From: a virus
Lineage: Duplodnaviria; Caudoviricetes
DNA: 53,656 bases
Reading direction: 5' to 3' (one strand)
Virus record (IMG/VR): IMGVR_UViG_3300023181_000009
Span: 1-53,656 of that record
Positions 30,074-38,299 of this stretch are shown here, piece by piece (positions within the stretch are counted from its first letter, which is position 1; each line of letters begins with the position of its first letter). The notes under the pieces were generated by a model. It did not search any database and had not been told where the DNA came from. It saw only the letters and a program-made list of their open reading frames with translations. A program made the position numbers and the translations under genes.

Positions 30074-30895
30074 ATGAAACAGATATTTAAAAATATTATT
30101 GGAGTAGCGTGTTCTATTGCAGTACTTGGTGTTGTAGTAATATTCATGTTTGCAGCAGGAAATAAGCCATTTGATTTATTTACTACAGTACCAGGGGATA
30201 ACGTTCCAGTTTATAATTCAACAACTATGCTATGGACTGGTTTCGCTCTTGATGCTTTAGCGAAAGTCAGCGATATACCTACAAATAATAATCAGTTAAC
30301 TAATGGAGCAGGATATATTACAAGTGTACCGGCTCAAACATGGTCAAGCATTACAGGAAAACCTACTTTGTTTTCGGGTAGCTATGCAGATTTAACCAAT
30401 AAGCCTACAATAGACAATTATACCGACACACGTGCCCGTGCATCAATTAGTTTAACCACAACAGGCAATACAGGTGCATCTACTTATAATGCTGCTACAG
30501 GGGTTTTAAATGTGCCTAACTACTCGTTTACACCAATAGCACCAACTTACAGTAACACACCTGCAAGAACATTAAACGCTACAGGTTCTATACTATCTGC
30601 AACAAAACCTACATGGGTATCATATAGCATAACACATACAGTAGCTTTAACTTTAGTAACATTAAATGGCGCAAGTAATGTATATTTAGAAATAAGCCCT
30701 AATAATACAACGTGGACTACAATTAGCCAAGCAGGATTTAGCGATGGTGTTGCGGTTGCAGTAGCGATTACTAAAAACCAAACTAATAATATACAGGGCT
30801 ATATACCCGCTAATTATTATTATCGTATAAGGAGTGTTGTAACAGGCGGTGGAAGTGCTACATTTGCAAACGGACAAGAAGTAACAATAAATTAA
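30074..30895 (+). CDS. Fibre-like protein with an N-terminal membrane anchor or signal peptide
   Basis: IIGVACSIAVLGVVVIFMFA, then IPTNNNQLTNGAGYIT...WSSITGKP...SGSYADLTNKPTI fibre shaft motifs. Confidence 0.7.
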   Translation: MKQIFKNIIGVACSIAVLGVVVIFMFAAGNKPFDLFTTVPGDNVPVYNSTTMLWTGFALDALAKVSDIPTNNNQLTNGAGYITSVPAQTWSSITGKPTLFSGSYADLTNKPTIDNYTDTRARASISLTTTGNTGASTYNAATGVLNVPNYSFTPIAPTYSNTPARTLNATGSILSATKPTWVSYSITHTVALTLVTLNGASNVYLEISPNNTTWTTISQAGFSDGVAVAVAITKNQTNNIQGYIPANYYYRIRSVVTGGGSATFANGQEVTIN

Positions 30896-30902
30896 ACATA
30901 TT

Positions 30903-31325
30903 ATGACAACAAAATTTAGAACGGATTTAGTAAATTATGGAGTAGGTATATCAGTAGCAGTCGCTGTAATTGGCGGTTCGAACTATATTGGAATAGGCGG
31001 AAAATTTGGAGATAAAGTCGTTGCATGGATTGTTATATGCGCTATGGCTATAGGCTTAGGATGGGCGGCTGCATGGATTATTAACTGGTTACAAGGCCAA
31101 AGCCACCAAAAAGCATTAGATGCAAACGAAGAGGAAAAAAGAAGTGCTAAAGGAGCTGCATGGGCTACTATTATTATTGCACCTATTTTAATTATTATAT
31201 CCTCATTTGTTAAAATAAATCCTAATGTATATGGTGTTATATCTTTATGTGGAATAGGGGTATTTTTAATTGCTTTTGCTTATTGGGGCGTTCCTGCTTT
31301 ACTCAAAAGGTTGTCTAAAAAATAG
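30903..31325 (+). CDS. Four-TM membrane protein
   Basis: Four hydrophobic segments. Confidence 0.7.
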   Translation: MTTKFRTDLVNYGVGISVAVAVIGGSNYIGIGGKFGDKVVAWIVICAMAIGLGWAAAWIINWLQGQSHQKALDANEEEKRSAKGAAWATIIIAPILIIISSFVKINPNVYGVISLCGIGVFLIAFAYWGVPALLKRLSKK

Positions 31326-31346
31326 CCTTAAAAACAAATTATACTT

Positions 31347-31374
31347 AACCAACTCTTAACGGGTTGGTTTTTTT
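31347..31374 (+). terminator. Intrinsic terminator, followed by promoter box TATATTTG (31377-31384)
   Basis: AACCAACTC-ttaac-GGGTTGGTT plus T-tract. Confidence 0.75.
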
Positions 31375-31400
31375 ATTATATTTGCTTTAACATAAAAATA

Positions 31401-31619
31401 ATGGTTATGAAGTTTTTATCAGATAATATAAAGCCTGTACTTGGATTGATAATAATATCAGCAGGTATAGTTTATTTTTTTATATGCCTGGATATAAATA
31501 GAGAACCTAATGGAGCTATGATAGGCCTTGTGAGTATGGCAGCAGGTTATTACTTTGGATCATCTACAGGAACGGCTAAAAAAGACGAAACAATATCTGA
31601 TTTAGCTAAAAAACAATGA
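31401..31619 (+). CDS. Putative holin (2 TM)
   Basis: Two TM segments and YYFGSS...KKDETI C-terminus. Confidence 0.65.
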   Translation: MVMKFLSDNIKPVLGLIIISAGIVYFFICLDINREPNGAMIGLVSMAAGYYFGSSTGTAKKDETISDLAKKQ

Positions 31620-31825
31620 GAAAAACACTGATAATTATTTGGAGTGGGCTAAAGAGATTAGCTTTATTATTGGGCATATTATCTGTAATTATAACTATGA
31701 ACTATGCATTTTGCGATGGGCAAAAACTTAATAAAAACACTAAAGATACTAAAAGAAAAACTGATAGCATTAAGGCGGGAAAACGTTTTAAGCGAGTTGA
31801 CAAGGGAAATGGGTTACAGCCGTAA
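31616..31825 (+). CDS. Small membrane protein
   Basis: ATGA-coupled; N-terminal TM and basic tail. Confidence 0.5.
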   Translation: MRKTLIIIWSGLKRLALLLGILSVIITMNYAFCDGQKLNKNTKDTKRKTDSIKAGKRFKRVDKGNGLQP

Positions 31826-31904
31826 TTATTATAGGGCATGGCTTATATTTATGGCTTTATTTACTTTTTACATTATTTACACAATTTATAATTTTACACA
31901 CTAA
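31716..31904 (+). CDS. Small membrane protein overlapping the previous ORF
   Basis: ORF 31704..31904 with internal Met MGKNL; C-terminal TM; TAATG-coupled to the next gene. Confidence 0.5.
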   Translation: MGKNLIKTLKILKEKLIALRRENVLSELTREMGYSRNYYRAWLIFMALFTFYIIYTIYNFTH

Positions 31905-32155
31905 TGAGTTACAACGTATTAAAAATCACAAAAAAGGCAGCACAAACACTTGCTAATTCAGGACAGGAAACAGCTTTTTTTTTAGATGAACAACCTACAG
32001 AAGTTTATTTAACTTATAATGACGTAGCTGTTACAGGAAGCAAAGAGCCTTTTGTCTTGCAGGATGCAGATGTACAAAAAACAGGTCTTGTTACTTATAA
32101 TGCACTTGATGGCGGTTATCCAATAAGGAAAGATAAAAAAATGTTTCCTCGTTAA
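31904..32155 (+). CDS. Hypothetical protein
   Basis: TAATG-coupled at both ends. Confidence 0.7.
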   Translation: MSYNVLKITKKAAQTLANSGQETAFFLDEQPTEVYLTYNDVAVTGSKEPFVLQDADVQKTGLVTYNALDGGYPIRKDKKMFPR

Positions 32156-32550
32156 TGTTTAGCGAAAAATATAATCTAAGGGATATGTTTAGTAAGTATG
32201 CTATTCATATCCCTTTTTTAGCTATGATAGGCAACCTTATCGGTTTTATCATATTCTTTTCTTACTATATGAATGGAAAGAAAGAAAGTGAATTAATGTG
32301 TACTTTAGACAACCTATTAAAGCACATAACAGAAACGCCTTTGTTATTTATACTATTAATTTACGCATTTATAGAAAAGCCAACATATATATCTAAATTA
32401 AGCTTAAGATGCATTATTGTATTATGGTTTATTAACCTACCCTATATAATATTTTCATTTGATGTTGATATTTACTTCTTTATAAGCGTTATTTGTGTTT
32501 ATATAGTATTCCTTGTGCTTTCTTTGGCAAAAATTACTAAAAGAATTTAA
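32155..32550 (+). CDS. Four-TM membrane protein
   Basis: Hydrophobic segments. Confidence 0.65.
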   Translation: MFSEKYNLRDMFSKYAIHIPFLAMIGNLIGFIIFFSYYMNGKKESELMCTLDNLLKHITETPLLFILLIYAFIEKPTYISKLSLRCIIVLWFINLPYIIFSFDVDIYFFISVICVYIVFLVLSLAKITKRI

Positions 32551-32578
32551 TTACCTTTACATCTGTAATAGAAAGCCA

Positions 32579-32971
32579 ATGTATAACTCAACATTCCTGC
32601 TATTAACTACGGTAATAGTTTCTGAAACATCGCAGGAAGCACCTATGCTTTCTTTATCTATATTCCTTGCTGCCTTATCAGGTTACGCTATACGTTTAGG
32701 AATGGATATTCAAAATAAACAACTTTCCTGGTCACGAACCATTATACAAGTATTGTACATTATAGGTCTTTCTTGGTTTGGATTAAACATGTGGCCTTTA
32801 CTTGAAACTAAATGGCCTGTAACAACTTATGTTTTCTTTGTGAGTGTATTTGGTATTTTTATAGTAGGTTTGGCTAATAGTATTGTAAAGCAAGGTTTAA
32901 CCGCTTACTTTAAAGGAATGCTTAAAAAGTTATTGGCTGATGAAGAAATAAAAGAAGAAAACCATGATTAA
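32579..32971 (+). CDS. Holin-like membrane protein
   Basis: ORF 32513..32971, likely start ATG 32579; 3-4 TM segments and a charged C-terminal tail. Confidence 0.55.
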   Translation: MYNSTFLLLTTVIVSETSQEAPMLSLSIFLAALSGYAIRLGMDIQNKQLSWSRTIIQVLYIIGLSWFGLNMWPLLETKWPVTTYVFFVSVFGIFIVGLANSIVKQGLTAYFKGMLKKLLADEEIKEENHD

Positions 32972-33326
32972 CATAGCCAACATAATAATAATAGTTTTAA
33001 TGATGTGCTATATAGTGTACATGAGTTACATTGTTTCCGGCATGAAGTATAGCTACTGGTACATATTTATGAGGTATTTAAGACATAAAGATTATAAACC
33101 TTTAGAATGGCTTATATCTAATAAATATCTATTCACAGTACCTCCATTAATGATTAGTGTATTCATAATCATATTAGCATATTTAAAGCAGTTGAAAGAT
33201 GGCTTAATTCTTGTACGTCCTGAAATAGCGGTATTTTCAGCCGTTGTATTTTGGTTTTGTCTTATATACTATAATAAGAACAGGGACGATAAGTTACGTA
33301 AATACGAAAAAGATAATAAAATGTAG
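32964..33326 (+). CDS. Three-TM membrane protein
   Basis: Hydrophobic segments and a basic C-terminal tail. Confidence 0.65.
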   Translation: MINIANIIIIVLMMCYIVYMSYIVSGMKYSYWYIFMRYLRHKDYKPLEWLISNKYLFTVPPLMISVFIIILAYLKQLKDGLILVRPEIAVFSAVVFWFCLIYYNKNRDDKLRKYEKDNKM

Positions 33327-33331
33327 TTACC

Positions 33332-33472
33332 ATGAAAACAAAGGCAAGTAAAAAGACAATCGATAAAGCAAATAAGCTTTTGGAAGAAAATAAAAACATC
33401 AGCCTTTATTTGAATGGTAAAATAACAGTTGAGGAATTAAATAAAAGAGGCGTTAAGTTTGACTGGACTTAA
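33332..33472 (+). CDS. Small basic protein (46 aa, absent from the ORF track)
   Basis: MKTKASKKTIDKANKLLEENKNISLYLNGKITVEELNKRGVKFDWT. Confidence 0.5.
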   Translation: MKTKASKKTIDKANKLLEENKNISLYLNGKITVEELNKRGVKFDWT

Positions 33473-33494
33473 AATAATGTTGTACATTTGCTAC

Positions 33495-33555
33495 ATGTGA
33501 TGGGTCACATAATTGTTAGCCTCTTAAATACTGAGAATATTTAAGGGGTTTTTTA
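33495..33555 (+). ncRNA. Candidate small RNA with two hairpins
   Basis: Promoter TACATTTG 33483-33490; ATGTGA-tggg-TCACAT hairpin; 13-bp terminator stem 33518-33550 plus T-tract. Confidence 0.45.
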
Positions 33556-33577
33556 TTACCTTTGATATTCACTTTAA

Positions 33578-34240
33578 ATGTATTTTATGAACTACATTAT
33601 TGAATTTCAGGAAAAATATAAAATACCTCTTACCGGCACACTCGATAGGAAAACATTACTTAAAATGAAATCTGTTTGGGGTATAAGTAATAATCAATTA
33701 GCACATGTACTTGCAAATGTAGATAATGAGACAGGTAATTTTACGTTAGCTTATGAGAACCTGAATTATTCAGCTAAACGTCTTATTGAAATATTTAAGT
33801 ATCGACTTGACCGTAATAAAGACGGATGGTTAGATGCATCAGAAAAAGCTAAAATAAAAGAAATAGCAGGCAACCCTCAAAAGATTGCTAATTTTGTTTA
33901 TGCTGATCGTTATGGAAATGGTAATGAAGCATCCGGGGATGGATGGCGTTACAGAGGTCGCGGCGGCATTCAGGTTACTTTTAAATCTAACTACCAGGCT
34001 TTTTCTAATTTCACTAAGGATAAATCTATTATTGCTAATCCTGATTTAGTAGCTTCAAAATACTTTTGGGAAAGTGCTATTTGGTTCTTTACATACGCTA
34101 AGTTATGGAGCAAGATGTTATATAGTGACGAGGCAAGCGTAAAAGCTGTTAGAAAAGCTGTAAATGGCGGTGCAATAGGCTTGGATCATGTTCAAACAAA
34201 ATTTAAATACTACATTAAGCTTTTGAATGAAATAAATTAA
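33578..34240 (+). CDS. Endolysin, glycoside hydrolase family 19
   Basis: LAN..NET, ENLNYS, GNGNEASGDGWRYRGRGGIQVT..SNY, VNGG.IG; own promoter box TACCTTTG 33557-33564. Confidence 0.9.
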   Translation: MYFMNYIIEFQEKYKIPLTGTLDRKTLLKMKSVWGISNNQLAHVLANVDNETGNFTLAYENLNYSAKRLIEIFKYRLDRNKDGWLDASEKAKIKEIAGNPQKIANFVYADRYGNGNEASGDGWRYRGRGGIQVTFKSNYQAFSNFTKDKSIIANPDLVASKYFWESAIWFFTYAKLWSKMLYSDEASVKAVRKAVNGGAIGLDHVQTKFKYYIKLLNEIN

Positions 34241-34245
34241 AAAGT

Positions 34246-34271
34246 AAAGCCCCCGTAATGGAGGCTTTTTT
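34246..34271. terminator. Bidirectional terminator between convergent genes
   Basis: AAAGCCCC...GAGGCTTT plus T-tract at the strand switch. Confidence 0.7.
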
Positions 34272-34282
34272 ATTTTAAGTAG

Positions 34283-34639
34283 TTAGTTAACTTCTAATAT
34301 GTTTCTATAATCAAACAGTAAGCTTTTGCCTCTACCTGAAACCTTAAAATTGTAAATGCTATCCTTTTTTAAATGAAAGAATAAATCGCTATTATTATAC
34401 TTTACATTAACTAAAGAAGATTCACATACAAATGTTTCTCTATCAGTTATAACTAAGTATCTTATTTCAGTTGATACGCTTTTGCCTGTACCATGTATTA
34501 ATTGTTGCTGCTGCAATTCAATTATTTTTGCTCCATTAACCTTGCTTATGTTTAAACTATTGTCTATATTCAGTCCTATTATTATAATAAATGGTATTAA
34601 AACAATAGCAGTAACTATCCAAGTCCTTCTTTTTATCAT
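34283..34639 (-). CDS. Membrane-anchored phage protein (DUF1523-like)
   Basis: N-terminal TM; YLVITD.ETF...KYNNSDL...YNFKVSG. Confidence 0.55.
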   Translation of the reverse strand: MIKRRTWIVTAIVLIPFIIIIGLNIDNSLNISKVNGAKIIELQQQQLIHGTGKSVSTEIRYLVITDRETFVCESSLVNVKYNNSDLFFHLKKDSIYNFKVSGRGKSLLFDYRNILEVN

Positions 34640-34645
34640 GATTAA

Positions 34646-35032
34646 TTAGTCTATTTGATTACTATATAGTACTTCAGCTTTTTCTTTTATCTTTTGAAAA
34701 ACATCGTTATCTAATTCTTTTTGTGCTACACCTATAAAGAAACTTCCAAAATGCCTAACAGCCACTTTAGGATTATCCTTATTTAATCCTGAAATTCTAT
34801 TTTTTATTGTTGAATGTAATATCCCCAAAAGTGTTTTAAACCTTATGTTTTTAGAATATGTTTCATAAGGTACTGGTGTACCTTTCTCTTTTAAATCCTT
34901 AAAGTTATCAATTGCGGCCTTCATATGAGACATAAGCTTTAACAACTCAATTTCATAATTTAAAAGTATAGATATATCTTGACAATCTATTATATCCTGT
35001 TCTGTAAAACTAAGTGTTTTAATTTCTATCAT
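34646..35032 (-). CDS. Hypothetical protein
   Basis: ORF within the operon. Confidence 0.65.
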   Translation of the reverse strand: MIEIKTLSFTEQDIIDCQDISILLNYEIELLKLMSHMKAAIDNFKDLKEKGTPVPYETYSKNIRFKTLLGILHSTIKNRISGLNKDNPKVAVRHFGSFFIGVAQKELDNDVFQKIKEKAEVLYSNQID

Positions 35033-35037
35033 AATTA

Positions 35038-35751
35038 TTATTTGTTTTTTTGGTTATATTTTTTAATTATAAAATCAATGCCTTTTTGATACACTACAGT
35101 TTTAAGGCTGATATTCACGCTGCCATCGGGTTTATTATATTTGCTTTCTATAACCCTGAAATAACCCGCGTCGATATATGTTTGATAAGGGGTGTTATTT
35201 TCGCGTAGTATTGATATATCCCTTAAGAACTCAAACAGTTTATTCCTACCTACACCTAAATTACAAACTTTAGCAACGTCCACCATATCAAATGCATCTT
35301 TACTGCCTGTTACCTGTTCGTAAAACTCAACCTTTGGTTTATTATCTTCTAATAACTTTTGTTGAGCCTCGATTTGTTCAGCTTGTTTAGCCGCCAACAT
35401 TAAAGCTTCTGAAAATGTTTGTGGTAAAGTGTGATTTTTAGACTTTAATTCTTTTTCGCATTGAATAAAGTATTGCCTTGCTATCTTACCTTTTTCAGTC
35501 CTGTGTATCATAGATATTTCTTTTGCCATATCTAAGTTAAAGGCATAATCTATAATATCAATTCTGCCGCCTTTTAAGTTGTCGTCTTTTTTGGAAACAA
35601 CCTCAATGTAGTCTTTACCCTCAGTAAACCCATACTCAAACATTCTTTTACACCATTTTGTAAATTCTGTTTTAATTTCTAAAAATTTGTGCAATTCTCT
35701 TGCTGAAATAACACCACCACTTTCGTTGTGCTTAATATTTATTAGTTCCAT
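35038..35751 (-). CDS. ant: Phage antirepressor (AntA/AntB N-terminus plus KilAC C-terminus)
   Basis: ISARELHKFL...DMAKEISM...ARQYFI; LPQTFSEAL; KPKVEFY; GRNKLFEFLR; PYQTYIDAGYF. Confidence 0.88.
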   Translation of the reverse strand: MELINIKHNESGGVISARELHKFLEIKTEFTKWCKRMFEYGFTEGKDYIEVVSKKDDNLKGGRIDIIDYAFNLDMAKEISMIHRTEKGKIARQYFIQCEKELKSKNHTLPQTFSEALMLAAKQAEQIEAQQKLLEDNKPKVEFYEQVTGSKDAFDMVDVAKVCNLGVGRNKLFEFLRDISILRENNTPYQTYIDAGYFRVIESKYNKPDGSVNISLKTVVYQKGIDFIIKKYNQKNK

Positions 35752-35758
35752 AAAATAT

Positions 35759-35852
35759 AAAAACCCTTGAAATCCGAGGTCGTAGGCTCTTCATTCAAGG
35801 GAATTTTAATAATGTTTTTATTTGTAGCTACGACTCTACGAATACAAATATA
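35759..35852 (-). promoter_or_regulatory. Promoter plus structured kissing-loop leader (copy A)
   Basis: TATATTTG (35845-35852); hairpin GTAG-AGTCGTAG-CTAC; terminator-like hairpin with loop CCTACGAC. Confidence 0.65.
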
Positions 35853-35907
35853 TAAAAAGATTCATTACTTTAGCAAAGTAATTTTCATGTAATAAGTTTT
35901 AAGGGGT

Positions 35908-35937
35908 AAAAACCGTGTAGCAATGCACGGTTTTTTT
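35908..35937. terminator. Bidirectional terminator-like hairpin
   Basis: AAAAACCGTGTA-gcaa-TGCACGGTTTTTTT. Confidence 0.7.
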
Positions 35938-35956
35938 GTTTGTATACGATATCATC

Positions 35957-35993
35957 CTAAAAATAGTATGGTTTCGTGCTAAAAATAGTATGG
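35957..35993. repeat. 15-bp direct repeat pair, 22 bp apart
   Basis: CTAAAAATAGTATGG at 35957 and 35979. Confidence 0.85.
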
Positions 35994-36057
35994 CTTAATG
36001 GTAATATTATTTTGTTTAAGTATTTGACTACCTTTGTTTAAACTAAAAAACAATATT

Positions 36058-36552
36058 ATGAAACGATTATTACTAACCATTTTGTTGACGATAACAATAT
36101 GGTCGTTAACATCCTGCGATATACAAAAGCAAGCATCAAAGACTAAAACCGATACGGACTTTAAAGAGCAAATAGAAACTACTGAAAAACGTGATGGTGG
36201 TATTGCTACATATATTCCACCGGCAAACATAGTTTATAGAGATACGACAATTTACGTACAAGGAACTAACGGCACGCAGCTTAAGGTAATATACGATAAA
36301 CAAGGAATAATTCAACAGGCAGACTGTAATGCAGCTTTAATCGAAGTTATTACAAAGTACAATAGCCAATTATTACAAACTACTAAGGAAAAAGAGAAAA
36401 CTAAGACAGAGGAATTTAATACAACATGGGTATTATACCTAATTGGGGGCGTTGTGTTGATGTTTTCTATAGTAATATTCCTTATGTACCGTACTATAAA
36501 TAAAAATTCCGATAACGTTGCGGAATTGATTAATGCTATTAAAAATAAATAA
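36058..36552 (+). CDS. Putative unimolecular spanin
   Basis: Lipobox SLTS-C plus C-terminal TM WVLYLIGGVVLMFSIVIFLM; promoter box TACCTTTG 36029-36036. Confidence 0.65.
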   Translation: MKRLLLTILLTITIWSLTSCDIQKQASKTKTDTDFKEQIETTEKRDGGIATYIPPANIVYRDTTIYVQGTNGTQLKVIYDKQGIIQQADCNAALIEVITKYNSQLLQTTKEKEKTKTEEFNTTWVLYLIGGVVLMFSIVIFLMYRTINKNSDNVAELINAIKNK

Positions 36553-36617
36553 GTATATTTACACCCTATTGTTTTTTTGTTATTTTCTATTCAAACTATT
36601 TATTGTTTTTTGTCTTT

Positions 36618-36652
36618 AGTCCCGAAGTACTCCCATGCTTCGGGACTTTTTT
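36618..36652 (+). terminator. Intrinsic terminator
   Basis: AGTCCCGAAGTA-ctccca-TGCTTCGGGACT plus T-tract. Confidence 0.8.
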
Positions 36653-36848
36653 ATTTCCTCTTTTTCTTTTTAGGTTTTAAATGTGTCATTTTATTTCTAA
36701 TCTTACCACTACCTTTAGTTTCTATAGCTTTTAAAGATTCAATAATTGCATTAGAAGTTTCAATTATACTTTCTACAATTCGGCTTTCTTTAGCATACCT
36801 ATCTATTTCGCATAAATAAGGGTTCTCATAATTTCCTTTACTACTCAT
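36651..36848 (-). CDS. Small basic protein
   Basis: ORF ending at the terminator. Confidence 0.55.
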   Translation of the reverse strand: MSSKGNYENPYLCEIDRYAKESRIVESIIETSNAIIESLKAIETKGSGKIRNKMTHLKPKKKKRK

Positions 36849-36964
36849 AATTAAATGGTTTTTATTTTATATTTTATGTGCAGCTATAATTAAAGCTATT
36901 CCTAAAAATAATGCAAATATTATTAACGCGCAGCCGGAAGCATCTGGACCTATTTTATTTTTAC

Positions 36965-37153
36965 TCATGACATTTTATCTTTATTGATTAATTTAAGGTT
37001 TTCGGCATCGTAATCGCGTTTCATGGCATCTTTATAATCTGATATTTTAACGGTTATATACCAGTATATATTTAGCAATATAAATCCCCATGCTATAATT
37101 CCGCTAATTATTAAGAAACGCCAGTACCATGATAGGTTTGTTAGTTCATCCAT
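36965..37153 (-). CDS. Small membrane protein
   Basis: Single TM segment. Confidence 0.6.
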   Translation of the reverse strand: MDELTNLSWYWRFLIISGIIAWGFILLNIYWYITVKISDYKDAMKRDYDAENLKLINKDKMS

Positions 37154-37535
37154 GTTTGTATAATTTAAGTAGTTGTGTGACCTTTAAAAGCTTTCTTGAT
37201 AGTTCTTCATGTTCTCTTTCCAATGTTTTAATGAATAGCTCATTATTATCAATTTCCTGTAAAGCTTTTAAACTGCTTATACCGCCATCATCTATTACTT
37301 CAATAAATTCTTTACTTGCTTTTATGGGTTTTAATTCTTCTTTATAGCCAATATGTAGATTGTGAAATGAAGCAAACTTTTCTAACTGGGTATAAACTTC
37401 GTTATCGTCTACATGGTTTTTATAAACACCCGATTCCTTCGCTTTGCCTATTAAAAACTTTCGGTCTTTAGTTCCGTATCGCTCAATAATAGACTTTAGC
37501 AATTCTCTTTTTATAGCTGTTGATTTATCTTCCAT
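37146..37535 (-). CDS. Hypothetical protein
   Basis: ORF within the operon. Confidence 0.65.
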   Translation of the reverse strand: MEDKSTAIKRELLKSIIERYGTKDRKFLIGKAKESGVYKNHVDDNEVYTQLEKFASFHNLHIGYKEELKPIKASKEFIEVIDDGGISSLKALQEIDNNELFIKTLEREHEELSRKLLKVTQLLKLYKHG

Positions 37536-37968
37536 TCATTTTACTTTCTAATGTTATTTCGCTAAATTCAAAGTAAGGCTTTTTAGGCTTTTTATGTATT
37601 GGGTATATAGGGTTTAAATTTATCTTGTCAATTACAGATCTTTTATAATAAAGGTTATAATTATATCTGTAAGGTTTTAGCTTTATTTGAAAAACTATGT
37701 GTTTGGCCTGTGAAACATTTACTCCTAAAACCTTTGATACTTTGTGTATAGAATAGTCATCAGTAAGTAATTTAAAATTAACCGCTTCTAATCCTATATC
37801 AACTCTTCTAACATCATAAGATTTGGCTGCTTTTATTTCTGTATCGCAAAACCTTGAAACCCATCTTACCCCTGTAAATACATGCATTGCGTACCATCTT
37901 TCTTTAATTACGCCTCTATATTTAATAATCTTAAAATATACACCTCTATAAATTAATGATTTTGGCAT
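37525..37968 (-). CDS. AP2-like DNA-binding protein with a C-terminal HTH
   Basis: YRGVY...RWYA...F.TEIKAAKSYD; YSIHKVSKVLGV. Confidence 0.55.
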   Translation of the reverse strand: MPKSLIYRGVYFKIIKYRGVIKERWYAMHVFTGVRWVSRFCDTEIKAAKSYDVRRVDIGLEAVNFKLLTDDYSIHKVSKVLGVNVSQAKHIVFQIKLKPYRYNYNLYYKRSVIDKINLNPIYPIHKKPKKPYFEFSEITLESKMNGR

Positions 37969-37970
37969 AC

Positions 37971-38156
37971 TTAATAAACTATTAAACTTAAAAGCAATAA
38001 TAAAGCCGATACAGCCGTAAACACAAATGAGAAGCGCATATCTTCAAGTGTTGCGCCTTTTGTCCTGTATGCTCCTATAAATAAGCCTAAGCCTATTATA
38101 AAAGCAACCACTAATGCTAACTTAAGCATTAGTGGACTGTTTACTATAAGTTCCAT
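37971..38156 (-). CDS. Small two-TM protein
   Basis: Hydrophobic segments. Confidence 0.6.
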   Translation of the reverse strand: MELIVNSPLMLKLALVVAFIIGLGLFIGAYRTKGATLEDMRFSFVFTAVSALLLLLSLIVY

Positions 38157-38299
38157 TATGGATTAAGTGTTTTTAATGTGGATATAGCAATATTCATAGC
38201 TTCTGTTAAATCTCGTGGATGTGTCATAGGTATTTCAGCACCCATACGCCAATTTTGATGCTTTTCTAAAATCCTAATTTCTTGTTTTAAGTCCATAAT

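Noticed and set aside
26494-30895. Diversity-generating retroelement or invertible fibre cassette
   Set aside because: No reverse transcriptase, invertase or template/variable repeat pair seen
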